DNA of 55,098 nucleotides, the filler included, from Squatina squatina (taxonomy: Eukaryota): assembly GCA_031763465.1 (NCBI GenBank). It is 3 parts of 3 records of this genome, joined end to end, with 100 filler letters (N's around TTAATTAATTAA, not from the genome) between each part and the next. Parts side by side here need not be neighbours in the genome. Positions count along the whole stretch, not along the records: positions 16,376 to 29,206 come from JARFOE010000073.1; positions 29,307 to 55,098 come from JARFOE010000046.1; 1 more part is not named here. One strand, written 5' to 3'. Below the pieces are notes generated by a model, which was given only the letters and a program-made list of their open reading frames with translations, was not told where the DNA came from and ran no database searches. Numbering within the stretch: position 1 is the first letter of the stretch; each line of letters begins with the position of its first letter. The translations under genes and the position numbers were made by a program. Of the stretch, positions 23,652 to 36,811 are shown in pieces.

Positions 23652-26600
23652 AACAAAACCAACAAAGATTTCACAATTAATACACCCCTCCTTCTCCTCG
23701 ACTGACCTAAGCAGTGTCTGTGTGAGGGAAGGGCCCCCCTTTAAGTACTGAAATGGGCTGATTAAGCCAATTGAGAAATTCTACAGCTAAGAGAGACGAA
23801 GAAAATCAGCACTAAGTATGGGTCCATTAGCACTGAAATTAGCATGTTTTTTTAAGCTGTTTGTGAAATTTTTTCTAAGTGTTGAAAAGGCAGACTTTAG
23901 CCTAAAGTCCTAAGACCTGAACTTAGCGCCCAACTATTCCTCCGTTAGCGCCAGATACTTAAGGCAGTCGAATTGGGCGCCCCTAAAGCCTGTTTCAGGC
24001 AGACTCTAGACAGCTAAAAGTCGCCCGAGCCAATATGGTGCACTTCGGTTGCGGCAGATCACAATGCTACACGTGAAAGTCTAACACTGATTCTTACACC
24101 GGAAAAAAAGCCAAATGTGAGTTAAATTTCTCCCCCCAGATTGAATCATTATCTATTCTGACCTTGATAATCAAATTGGCGATGGTTTGTTTTACGGAGG
24201 TCATGCAGTGGAAACAAACGGAGTACATAAGTATCAGTAAAAACTTCTGTAAAGCTTGCTTATTGAACTAATAGCCCAAGTTTGCTCAAAATAGCTGTGA
24301 TGTATTGTTGATCTTATTAGAAATGATGACTTAGCTGTTTAAAGTTAAAATCCAAACCAAACCATGATATATTTCCAGATTTTCTCAAGCTCCTAAGATC
24401 CCTAACCTCTCTTTTGAACATGTTGCCTCTGAAGTCTGAAATTGAGAATTGCTTCTGTCACTGGCCAATCTACACAAATTACAGCTGATTACTCAGAAAT
24501 CAAACAGCAGCGGCTCTCAAACTGCCTAGTTCTGCTGGGGATTTAAACATCCATAAGCAATCTTNNNNNNNNNNNNNNNNNNNNNNNNNNNNNNNNNNNN
24601 NNNNNNNNNNNNNNNNNNNNNNNNNNNNNNNNNNNNNNNNNNNNNNNNNNNNNNNNNNNNNNNNCGTAATGTTAAGTGTTACTTCTTGTTTTTTTTTAAT
24701 TAGGTTTGTCGTTTTATTACTTGCCAAGTCTCTTTTTAATATGTTCTCCTTATCGATTTAACTCTCTTTATGTATTAAGACTGAGATGAAGTAATTGAGA
24801 AACTTGTAATGGGGCACTTGTCCATTAGTTTTGTTGTAGATATTCATATAGGGGGTTAGAAGGGCCTTCAAGATCACTTATCTCAACATTGATTTATTCT
24901 GTCAAAAAATGATCTTATTAAGAAATAACTAACATTCCCAGCTTCTCCAGTGGTGCAAAATATATGAAAATTATTGGATTTTGTCACAGAAGTTGGCTTC
25001 AGAATCATGCTAAATGCAGAGATGGTAATGACATTCTGCAGTGCCAAGCTTTTTGCTAACCAAGTTGTTTAGGTTGTCCATGTGTAGCGTGATTTATTTT
25101 CCAATCAATTTTTTGTTCTATAAATGCACTGGCCCTGTGTCACAAATCTAAAATTTAATGAGTGTCTGGAAACCTAATGCTTCCCTTTCCTACCAGAGGC
25201 CAGATGTCGAATGAATTACAGCGACACTTGCAACTGTTGAACTTTGATCCCATAGGTGATTACATATTTTGAAAAAAAAATTAATAAAATATCATGCAGA
25301 CAGGATTTTTTTTCCTTTTAGAAACGCATAGTTTAAATATACTAATGCCCATTACAATTGCTGACATTTCATACAAGGGTTACTAAATGGTCAAACAATT
25401 TTGTTAAATTTTAATCATTTTTTTCTGTGCAATTCACGCTACCAGTCGGTGAAAGATGTATAATTGGTAGCGTAAATATAGTTATAACTGGTACATTACT
25501 ATACAATTTTAGGCATAAACGTACTTATTATAATAGTTCTCTGATATATCTCGACAGTGGTAAATGTAAGTATTCAGGATGCTGAGAGTTAGCTTTTAAA
25601 TATGATTTACAGTGTCATTACCATCTCCCATGGTATGCCTAATGCAGGGGATGCTGCAATAATTTAAATGCCTTGAAAGNNNNNNNNNNNNNNNNNNNNN
25701 NNNNNNNNNNNNNNNNNNNNNNNNNNNNNNNNNNNNNNNNNNNNNNNNNNNNNNNNNNNNNNNNNNNNNNNNNNNNNNNAGCGTTCTCTTAATGCAGCAG
25801 TAAAATAAAGTTTTGCTTTACTGCATAAATTTTCAACAGCTTTTTAATCCAGTAGCACCGCAAAAAAAATATTGCTAACTGCAATTGTGTGCGATACATT
25901 GTTTCTGCACTGTGTCAGAATTTTGTACGGGTGGCTTTCAGAATGTAGGAAGGATAAGAACACATAATAAGGAAGATGAGGCAGAGACAGCTCGACATTC
26001 GTGCCTGGGTGCTGATCATTTTTTGCTTAGAATAAAAGGATGTATTGGCTTAAATTAAAATAAATCTTGAGTTTCTGTGCTTCATTTGATCTAGGACTGC
26101 ACAAGATTAATTGAAGCACAGAAGCGTGTGAGATTTCAGGCAGCATTTTGTTTCTCATCTGAACTCAGCACATTTGAAAGTAAGAAGCTCTCTGCGAGCC
26201 TCAGTTAACACTGGCTCATTCCTTTTCCTGCTTGTAGTTATTCCTTTTAATAAAACAGATGATGCTACCCCTTTAATTTTATGGTGCAGAATGTAGTTGC
26301 AGCAATAAAAATTTTAAAATGTACATTCAATTGATCCTGTACGATTTACTAAAATCAGTAGTTTACCTTTTTAAATATGGGCCCAGATTTCAGAAAAAAC
26401 AAATAAAGAAAGAAGAAAAATTGGAATAATCGCTTCCTAAGCCTAAAGTCAATGAATTGTATCCAATTCACTTAAAGGAAACAAATCTGTATTGGTTTTC
26501 TTGTCTTAAGAAAAGATGGTACCACTACAGAAAATATTCCACTTGGCCGTGTTAAATGTTTAAACTGGCGGTAAGGCAATGTGTACAGCTTTGTGAGGAA

Positions 26601-27168
26601 ACAATGTATTGAGTAGATGTCTTCCAGTTTAATTTACAGGCCAGCCAGGCCCACAGAATGATTGGTCTCTCTTTAAAAGGAAATGCTGATACTATTTGTT
26701 AAATGATTGTCAATGCAAAGCCAAGGGAAATGTAATTTATTGGGATTAACAATTTGTTAAATGCAGTCACGGACCCTCTTCTGTTTCCCCATCACCCCCA
26801 CCTCTGCCACCCACACAACTGTAATGCAACATTTATAGAATCACAGAATAGTACAACACGGAAGGAGGCCATTCAGCCCACCAAGTCTGCACTGGCTCTT
26901 TCGAAGAGCAATCCAGTTAGTCTGACTCCCCAGCTTTTCCCCCCATATTCCTGCGATTTTTTCTCCAAGAAGAAATGAAGTACAGCGCAAACAAATGCTG
27001 GGTCGCTATGAACCAAGCATAGCGCAAGCAAATATCAGATGGGGAGGCAGAATTAAAAGTAGTGCACATAAGAACTATCCAACCGGCATTTATTGGAGCT
27101 CTCTATAACTCCTTTTCCTGTGTATTTCTTAAAAATTCAACATTTACAGCTCAGATCACACTTCTCAC

Positions 27169-27261
27169 CTCTACAGATTCAGATGCCTGACCACAGCTGT
27201 CATTGTCATCATCAGCATCTTCCCTGGTCATGATCATCGAGCGCAAGGCCAACTCTTCTAC
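27169..27261 (-). CDS. Candidate 93-nt internal exon of an unidentified gene
   Basis: Acceptor gtgctgtgcctgcag| and donor GAG|GTGAGA; open frame VEELALRSMIMTREDADDDNDSCGQASESVE (phase 0-0). Confidence 0.5.
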
Positions 27262-29250
27262 CTGCAGGCACAGCACACTCACTTATACAAGGGCACATTC
27301 CAATATACTACTGGAATCCAATGTTAACAATAACTTGCATTCATGTAGAACCTTTAACACACATCCCAAGGCACTTACAAAAGAATAGCAAGACAATGGG
27401 AGGGATCATAGGAACAGGAGGCCATTCAGCCCCTCAAGCCAATTCTGGAATTCAATTCGATCATGGCTGATTTGTATCTAAACTCCATTTACTCGTCTTT
27501 TTTGGGGTCAAATCCCAACTATGCATTGTCACTACCAGTTTTTCACACTGCGCTTTCGATATCCAGATTAATGCAGTCGATTGGGTGGGNNNNNNNNNNN
27601 NNNNNNNNNNNNNNNNNNNNNNNNNNNNNNNNNNNNNNNNNNNNNNNNNNNNNNNNNNNNNNNNNNNNNNNNNNNNNNNNNNNNNNNNNTTTCTTCCAAG
27701 ATCCACTAAATAGTGATGCTTCATTGGCCTTCAGCTAATCTTAATTAGTATTGTCCTAAACTACTTGCATCAGTTTCTCATCTGTATACCTTAGAGGAAA
27801 TGTGAACTAGCACACATAGTATGTGACTTGTTCTTCGGTTCCAATGTGCCATAAATATCAATGTGTTGTCTTTGAAGATTATAGGAGATGGGTTCAGACA
27901 GTTACCCTAGGGAGTAAAATTAAACACTGAGGCCAAGTGAGCAAGATTAAAGAGGTTGTCAATCATTATTTATCAGGATTGATTTTGGCTACACGAATAC
28001 AAGTACTCCCAAGTGTATGCACATTTACATTTGTGTCTGACAAGCAAATGTAATAAATTGTCTGCTTGTCAAATTGCATTCTCTTGCAAATTTTTCTATT
28101 GGAGTTCGAAGAGTAGACTGCACCATGTGGCTTGCCTAGCAAATGTATTACGAGCCCTCTATAACTCTTTTGACATGGTTATTGATTTCCAAAATTTTCA
28201 GCAGCCATGTTTCAGAAGAGCCTGTTACCGACGAGCAAAGCTGGCTGATTCCTTGAATTGTGTTTGGTGCAGGCTATATTGAATCCATTATAAATCATTG
28301 TGTTACTGCTACCCAATCAAGGGGAATGTATAGCTGAATGAAAGGACCCTATAAAACCCTTTTATAGATGCCAAGACCTTTCACTGTCAAGCAATTCTCA
28401 ACTGTTGTCTGCAAGGATTCATTCCTTTTGAGTGAAGGGGCTGGGATGGATTTTAAAAAATATATCAATATAAAAGGCGCATTTTATTTCTAATATGCCC
28501 ACTAACAATTTCACATTATTTTCAGACATTTTAGATTTATGGGATTTTTCTAAAGTGCTCAAAACAATCATTAGCAGCATGCTACCTCCACTCAGACAGT
28601 AATCTCCTCATGCCCCCTTGTAGAACTTGTCATCTGAATCCTCATAATTTTACTGTGTGGGAGAGAATTTAAAGAAAAGACTACAAATGGAAGTGATCAA
28701 AGGATGCCTCCATTTTTTTATTCTTGTCAAAGTGGAGAATTTAAGAATCTGATCCTTGCAAATAATGAAACATTTCCGAGGTTGGACTTGGGCTCATTCA
28801 TTGGGAGATGAGGGAAACATCTTTACTCCACTCTTCTTTGCTTTATATGTATGAGCTATGTTCCCTTCTGTCTCCACCTGCTTCAAAACCTGGAATTGTT
28901 CCTATATCTCCTTTCCGCTCACCCCTCTTTCCGCACCCCACCACCACTTTGGTTGATCTTAGTGTTCTGTTTAGATTTACCTTTTTTATTGTAGCAAAAT
29001 TGCATTCTGTTCATGCAATTTTGAAATCACAGCCATGTTGGGCAATTCCCATTTAAGATAAGTTTATTTTTTGTTCATTAATTCATGCCAGCACACCCTA
29101 CATTTGTACTATAATTCATTTATCCTCCAATATAAATTGGCCAGAAAAAGCAGCAAACCTGAGGATTGGGAGCAGTTTAGAATTCAACAAAGGAGGACAA
29201 AGGGATNNNNNNNNNNNNNNNNNNNNNNNNNNNNNNNNNNNNNNNNNNNN

Positions 29251-29262
29251 TTAATTAATTAA
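29251..29262. other. Artificial six-frame-stop scaffold spacer
   Basis: TTAATTAATTAA flanked by 44-N runs. Confidence 0.95.
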
Positions 29263-32200
29263 NNNNNNNNNNNNNNNNNNNNNNNNNNNNNNNNNNNNNN
29301 NNNNNNTTTTGACCCCTAGACACTAGACCGCATGACGATGAGTCAGGAAGTCTTCATACATTTCATAATTAGAGCTGTTCCACCATTGACAGCTCTGCTA
29401 TCAATGTAATGTTATTCAGAGGGTGTTGCTGCTGCTGCTGGAAGAGAACCTCAACGGCTGGAAGCCCACTGTTTCTCTGAGGTAGCTGTATCACTACCAA
29501 CAAATGTAAGTGGCTGCTACTAGAAGCAACGTCCACCTTGCTCTCTGGTTGTAGGTGGATTGTGCACTCTGCCCACATGCGTGGATCAGAGATCTTTTTA
29601 ATTTTTGGATTCCTGGCCTGTAGAATCCTTCTTCAGCAGACAGGGAAGGCTGTAAGTAGCTGTGACTCTTTGGCTGCCATCAGTGCTATGGTGTCCACCC
29701 TACAGTGTGGATACAAAGGGAGGGTCCCATAGCACCTACACTCTCGGTGTTTCAGACAACTATCTCCACTTGAATTGGTTGTATACTGGCAAAGAGGCAC
29801 GAAACAAGGTAACCTGGCAACGAGTATGACCACAGCTACAGACCTTCTTAGTCTCTGCTCAGGAGCTTTTTTGTGTTTACCTGTCGTACAGATAAACACT
29901 GATCAGTTAAGACCTTTTATTTCCCAAATCACGATGGCGTTGTGTTTTCACCAGGTTGTTAGAGAGATGCAACAGCTGTCGCTTGATTGATTGGGTGATT
30001 TAAATCCGACTGATCCAAAAGGCCAGGCAGGCATCCTTGGGAATTAAGATACATCTCTGAGAAATTATATTGCATGTTTCTAAGGTTATAAAAAAACTAA
30101 GGAAGACAAATGTGACTTTTCAACATGCAATTTCTTTGTTCTTTATTGCACTTTATGTCCCTTTGGTGCAATACAAATCTTAAACCAAAATTATAACTTC
30201 ACTCTTGTCTCTCTTTTTTCAGAAATCATCTTTTCTGATTGTAAATCCACTAAATCGCTAACTATTGTATTAAAATTAAAAATTCAAACAGGGTCACTCT
30301 ACTTGATCACCTTCAATATCCATATTTTGTTGAATATTAAAACCCCATACATCCCTCAGATGTTTTACAAGCTCCTGGAATGCACTCAAACCCCGACCTG
30401 GACCAGATAACTATCACAGCCCTAGAGGCACAACCAAAATCCATCAGGCACTGACACAACGAGCGCGCAGAGTGGTAGGCACCAATGGCGCAGCCAATGG
30501 CTGAGGTCGGTGCTCAGGGTCATCGACACCTACTCAATAAAAGTCGCTCACGACTGCAATCTGGCACGTAGGTGCCATCTTGTACATTGTATTTTGAACA
30601 CAGTCAAAGTGTTGCAACTGAAGATAAATTGCAATAAAAAATTCACAAGTAATTTGCTCATAGGCATTCATAGAAGGATTTCAATGTGCATCTTCAGTGA
30701 TATGGTTGGAGTCTACCCACCTCTGTGTTCTTAATTTCTGACTGTAAGATAAAGCATTTCACAGCCTGAGAACAGATCGCTAAGCCGAANNNNNNNNNNN
30801 NNNNNNNNNNNNNNNNNNNNNNNNNNNNNNNNNNNNNNNNNNNNNNNNNNNNNNNNNNNNNNNNNNNNNNNNNNNNNNNNNNNNNNNNNTTTATACCAGC
30901 CAGATGAAGATGATACTGCTCCAACAGTGACCCTTAAACCTGACCCCAACTCCATTGCACCGATGTAGCATTTAGTTATTTCTATTCCAGCCATGTTGAT
31001 GAACCCATTGAGTGACAACAATGCAAGCTTGCTGCAACATTGTGGGGTGGTGCTGGAGATCCTGTCAGACAATTTGTTATCATTTCAAAAACATGCTAAT
31101 TATGTTATCTTCAAATAAATGCAACAGCTTTGAATAAAAGATGAGCCATCAATCCTTGTTTGTTGTGTGCATCAAAGAGATATATAATGTGTGCTAATAG
31201 CTTGCGATTAATTCTAATTTCAAGTGTTTGGAAACTTGTGAACAGGAACACAATGTCCCTGTAACAAATATAACTTGGTAACACATTTGAAGGGAACATG
31301 GGCTGCCAACAACACCTCTAATAAATTATACAGCATACTAAAGAGGAACTTAATCCTATTTAAATAAGGTATTTTAGGACTTTTAGATTAATTTATTTTG
31401 GTGATGTTGTGATTCAGATTCCGAGGACTGACAACTGGGAGCCAGCTCCAAGTGTGCATACAACTAAATCTGCCTCCAATATCCTATGGGCAGCTTTGTA
31501 GATACAGTTTTTGGTGGATCTGCGAGTCTTGTGATGAAGTACCTGGATTTGGCAATGTACTTATTGGGAGCTGGCACAGGGAGTTCGTAATCTGAAGTAA
31601 AACCAGCGCTGGTACAANNNNNNNNNNNNNNNNNNNNNNNNNNNNNNNNNNNNNNNNNNNNNNNNNNNNNNNNNNNNNNNNNNNNNNNNNNNNNNNNNNN
31701 NNNNNNNNNNNNNNNNNAGCATGGTATGGTTGTCATGGTATTTCTTTTTTAAATTATTTGGTGAAACTCAATAACATTTATCGAAATGGATTGCACGAAT
31801 CAGGAAATAGCTGCTTAGTCTCCTCTCGCCCCTTGTGGTTATGAGGACATTAAGGTCTTCCTGAGTATTGCTTTCTCAAAGAACCTCTGTGAATGAACCC
31901 TGTTATCTGATCAAATTGAGATGGAATAAATTACTTTCACAGCAGTTGGCACGATGAATAATGTACTGAATTAACTGTTGGAAGTATGCCAAGAGATTGA
32001 CAGTGGCTGTGCCCTAAATGAAAGTAGTTCCTGTATCTATTTGGGTATGAAAATTGCAAACATTTCCTGGAGGGATGACCTGCACTTAGCAGGTGAAATG
32101 GAAATCTTATGCTTTCCCACTGCAATTCAAAACATCAATTGGAGTTCAAACCATCTTCAACACAGAGAGACTTTGGACAGGAAGATACAAGAGACTTTGA

Positions 32201-32309
32201 AAGATGGTGATGGTGNNNNNNNNNNCAAGTGAGGAAATTTAAGGAAGCCACATTCTTACAGCAAGAAATAGAGTTGATTGAAAGGAATCTTCCCAACTCC
32301 ACTTGCAGT

Positions 32310-32711
32310 GTCAGCCGTGGCCCAGTTGGCACTCGTGTTTCTGAGTCACGAGGTTGTGGATTCAAGTCCTACTCCAGGGACCAGAACACAAATATCTAGG
32401 CTGCATATCAGTGCAGTATTGAGGGAGTGCTGCACTGTTGGAGGAGCCATCTTTTGGATGAGGCGTTAATAATCTGAGGCCCTGTCTGCTTTCTAAATTG
32501 GACGCAGAAGATCCCATGGCACTATTTCGGAGAAGGGCAGGTTCATTATCCCTGGTGTCCTGGCTAATATTTATCCTTCAATTAACATGACAGAAACAGA
32601 TTATCTGGTCATCATCACATTGCTGTTTGTGGGAGATTGCCGTGTGCAAATTGGCGCACACGTTTCCTATATTACGACAGTGAATACACTTCAAAAGTGC
32701 TTCATTGGCTG
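32310..32711 (+). mobile_element. Near full-length Deu-domain SINE (SacSINE1-like)
   Basis: tRNA-like head (gtggcccagttgg A-box, ggattcaagtcc B-box), Deu-like core gatcccatggcactattt...ccctggtgtcctggc, and tail cacttcaaaagtgcttcattggctg. Confidence 0.88.
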
Positions 32712-35361
32712 NNNNNNNNNNNNNNNNNNNNNNNNNNNNNNNNNNNNNNNNNNNNNNNNNNNNNNNNNNNNNNNNNNNNNNNNNNNNNNNNNNNNNNNNN
32801 NNNNNNNNNNNNNNNNNNNNNNNNNNNNNNNNNNNNNNNNNNNNNNNNNNNNNNNNNNNNNNNNNNNNNNNNNNNNNNNNNNNNNNNNNNNNNNNNNNNN
32901 NNNNNNNNNNNNNNNNNNNNNNNNNNNNNNNNNNNNNNNNNNNNNNNNNNNNNNNNNNNNNNNNNNNNNNNNNNNNNNNNNNNNNNNNNNNNNNNNNNNN
33001 NNNNNNNNNNNNNNNNNNNNNNNNNNNNNNNNNNNNNNNNNNNNNNNNNNNNNNNNNNNNNNNNNNNNNNNNNNNNNNNNNNNNNNNNNNNNNNNNNNNN
33101 NNNNNNNNNNNNNNNNNNNNNNNNNNNNNNNNNNNNNNNNNNNNNNNNNNNNNNNNNNNNNNNNNNNNNNNNNNNNNNNNNNNNNNNNNNNNNNNNNNNN
33201 NNNNNNNNNNNNNNNNNNNNNNNNNNNNNNNNNNNNNNNNNNNNNNNNNNNNNNNNNNNNNNNNNNNNNNNNNNNNNNNNNNNNNNNNNNNNNNNNNNNN
33301 NNNNNNNNNNNNNNNNNNNNNNNNNNNNNNNNNNNNNNNNNNNNNNNNNNNNNNNNNNNNNNNNNNNNNNNNNNNNNNNNNNNNNNNNNNNNNNNNNNNN
33401 NNNNNNNNNNNNNNNNNNNNNNNNNNNNNNNNNNNNNNNNNNNNNNNNNNNNNNNNNNNNNNNNNNNNNNNNNNNNNNNNNNNNNNNNNNNNNAGGCACG
33501 GTTGTTGATGAGAGCTCCTAAGTTTGTGAAAACCACATTAATTATCATGTGAACTATCCAGCACCGGAACCACCCCCCACCACAGACTGAAGTTTGTAAA
33601 GCTTTGTTGGTTGGGTTTGCTGAGAGAATTCTCTGCAGCATCTATCTTCACATTGACATTTTCTGAGCCAAAAGGTAAACGGGAAAGTTGGTCACTGGAG
33701 CTCAAGGTCGCACTGCCAGGTTGCAGCGCATGGAAAGCAAAAAACGTTCAGTCCAGAACTACCCAGATGGCACGCTCCTCAATCTCTGTGTAATTTGAAA
33801 AGAAATATTACAATTTATTCATAAATTAGTTCTTTAACTGGAGGATGCACAACCGACCAACGTCTAAGAGTGAATTCAGATGATACTTACAGCGTCAGCA
33901 TGAAGCAGACTGGCTTTGCACTAATGTTGCAGTTATACTGTAACATGCAGCCTGAATTCGACCTTGGGACCTGACCTACTGAGTGAGATTCCCTGAAGGT
34001 TGCAGTCTCACTCCATTTGGCTTTAAAGACACTTACCACTTGACAACATTAGCTTTGGCATGAACTGGTTTCAGCTTAGCAAAAATATTAAACGTATGGA
34101 GTGTGAAGGAATACTAAGTGTAGTCTCTCAGTGCTTGGGCATGTCCTACAGTAAAAATTGATTCAAACAATATTAATTCAAGAAAAAGAATAAAATGAGG
34201 TTAAATGATCTGATGCAACTGCTGACATAAGAATGCATTTTAACTGTTCACCTATTACACTCACTACTAGTCAAACTAAACCTGAACATCTGAACTGTCA
34301 CAGCTAGCCTCTAGATGTTATTTGCAGGGAAGAAAAACCTGCTTGTGACTTACCGACGGCATCTTTCAACCATAATCATACTTGTCTTTTCCATTTACTA
34401 GCTGAAAGGTAAGGAGCTCATATTTCAAACTTAACAACTTAAGGCCAACAGCAATTTAAACTTGTTTTGCTGCCCACCCCACGTAATGTCTCTGCGTCAA
34501 AGGGAAAAAAATAACTTGGAGGAAGCGAGCGGCAGTACATTTTTAAGTAGCTGTAGCTCCTTTGGAAATGTAATGGCTTTGGATTTGCCCGTTGGTGCTT
34601 GACAACAGCAGCATCATCGATGAAAGAATTGCTATGCCAAGATGTGAAGGGAATTATGTTTGATGTACATGCTCCACCTAATTAAATTGAATGGAATCAC
34701 TTTTTAAGGACTTGTGCGATTTCCAACTCTACATTAGTTGATTGAAGCTGCGCTGGAAACTTCGGATCCTTCCTAAACTGTTTGTTATGCAACAATCTTA
34801 ATCAGCACTTGTGATGTTAAACAAACAGGTTCACCTAATTTGGTTTTGCAACAAATGTGCTTCAATGCATTTTAGACAATTGGCTGATCGGGAAAAAATG
34901 TTGTGAGAGTCTGACATTAGAATGTACCACTGATCTCTTCCAGTTTCCAAACTGCATATGCCCATCTCCTTTCTCTCCTGCTTGAAGGAGTAAATTGCAA
35001 TGGCAAATGGGATGATACCATCCAATTTTACTCCTAACCAAGGAGTTTATATCTGAGGCAATATTTAATCCTGGTTCCAACTGGAATTTATGGTCACAAT
35101 GTTTTTGTCGTAGTGCAAAATGGCACACACTTTAGTTTAATTGGAAGGAGGAAGGAGGGATGAAGCGACAAATAATCCAATTACAGAAGCCAGTTAACAG
35201 GTTGAATAACCTGCAACTCACTTAAAGAAAAGTAGGATGTTATTGAATTATATAAAAGATCTCCCCAGAGAGACAATGAAAAGACATTAAAGGAACATTT
35301 AATTAGCTTAGCCAATGACAGGTCCACAGAAGATAGGTGAGAAATACAGGAAAGTAAGGAA

Positions 35362-35525
35362 AGAACTTGCATTTACCTAGTGCCTTTGCGACCTCATGGC
35401 GTCCCAAAGCACTTTACAATCAATCAAGTATATTTGAAGTGCAGTTAATATTGTAAAGCAGGGAAACATGGCAGCCAATTTTAAACACCAAGGTCCCACG
35501 ATCAGCAATGAGATAATTAGCAGAT
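35362..35525 (-). mobile_element. Deu-domain SINE 3' fragment
   Basis: Homologous to 6143-6314. Confidence 0.75.
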
Positions 35526-35526
35526 C

Positions 35527-35594
35527 ACAAACAAAAATTGCTGGAAAAACTCAGCAGGTCAGGCAGCATCTGTGGAGAGAAAAACAGAGTCAAC
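35527..35594. mobile_element. Penelope-type shark repeat fragment
   Basis: tgctggaaaaactcagcaggtcaggcagcatctgtggagagaaaaacagagtcaac, recognised from memory as an abundant shark repeat; cut by a gap. Confidence 0.5.
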
Positions 35595-35722
35595 NNNNNN
35601 NNNNNNNNNNNNNNNNNNNNNNNNNNNNNNNNNNNNNNNNNNNNNNNNNNNNNNNNNNNNNNNNNNNNNNNNNNNNNNNNNNNNNNNNNNNNNNATGAGG
35701 AGCAATTGGGTGCGTGCTGTCT

Positions 35723-36075
35723 CAGGTGACTAGACGTCCCAGTTTTTCCAGAAAATGTCCCGGTGTCCCACCAATTACCTGAAAAATCACCTGAAATGTT
35801 TCTGTTTCTAATCGAGTGAGAGACGAAGACCTGACTGCACATGCGCTCACTCGGCACGGTGACAGGTGGGATTCCAAGATGGCGGCGCCCTCGGTGGTTC
35901 CCATCGCAACCGGCCACCGCATGACATTTCACAGTTCCGCAACCGCGCTTTACGACGCGCGGGCCACGTGATGCACACTTGGCGCCATGATGGTGAGGGC
36001 AACAGCTCACGCGACTACCAGAAGCGGAAGGTTAGTTTTGTCCTGGTTTTGAATTTTGAAAATCTGGTCACCCTG
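35723..36075. mobile_element. Complete hAT-Blackjack-like MITE with CpG-rich interior
   Basis: Left end caggtgactagacgtcccagttttt and right end ttgtcctggttttg...atctggtcaccctg form imperfect TIRs of the CAGGGTGACCAGA type. TSD not convincing. Confidence 0.7.
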
Positions 36076-36696
36076 GTACTAATGCCTTTTTTATATGATG
36101 CTATTCAGTCATTTCAACTGCTTTCTGACCCCCTTCTTCTCTTGGATATTGAACAGGTTCACAAAATGGTGGGGCTTACAAATTAGGCATTTTTTTTTGG
36201 TATTAAGTACAGATTGCTATTTGGTGTAATTCGCAGAACCTGCTAAGAAAGAAATATTGGAGCAGGCAGTGTTCTTCTGACCTTACGGATCTTTAACAAT
36301 GCCAGGAAGAAATACTCCATTAACAGGAACAATTTGATAACGGTTACATTCTGCTTGCTGCAAGCCTTGGTGATGGGTTCTACTCTATCAACATTAACAA
36401 ATCGGACGGTTTAATTGCCACTGGAATCGATTCAAATTTACAATGCATTACGCAAATTCCAGAACGGCAGCCGTCAGGAATCCAATTACTTGACATTTAA
36501 ACCAATTTCATGTATAAACCTGTTTCTGATTATTTGTTAATTTCTCGAGACAGAATGATTAAGTTGGCAACGAGCTTCAGGCGCAAGTGGCAAGATACGA
36601 CCCTCTTGTGTTATGTACCAGTTCCGGGGAGAGACACTACAATGACCTCTGCACGGTGCTCTTTCTGAAATCTTCATTGTCTCTCTTATCCTGCAG

Positions 36697-36811
36697 ATCC
36701 AATGGAGGCGGATTCAGAAAAATTGACCTCCCACACGGAGGGCAGAGGCACAGGACACTGCAAAAATGTTCTTCTTGTCGTAACTTACAACATCTGGAGC
36801 CACAGGCTGAG
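36697..36811 (+). other. Candidate 115-nt exon, unidentified
   Basis: Acceptor ttgtctctcttatcctgcag| and donor GAG|GTAAAG; two open frames. Confidence 0.3.

Larger units (their letters stand above)
23018..24135 (-). mobile_element. PIF/Harbinger DNA transposon end carrying the Myb/SANT gene
   Basis: Terminus GGGGAGAAATTT on the minus strand (24135-24124). The upstream region 23700-23985 is homologous to 48668-48970. Confidence 0.75.

Noticed and set aside
29369-29899. Minus-strand frame of ~177 codons with a single stop
   Set aside because: No recognisable domain and no convincing splice sites; cannot be supported.
32310-32380. tRNA gene
   Set aside because: The A/B boxes are the head of a SINE and run directly into the SINE body; same at ~12000 and ~38280.
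32587-33641. Long ORFs of 265-321 aa (also 39751-40525)
   Set aside because: Almost entirely X residues from N gaps.
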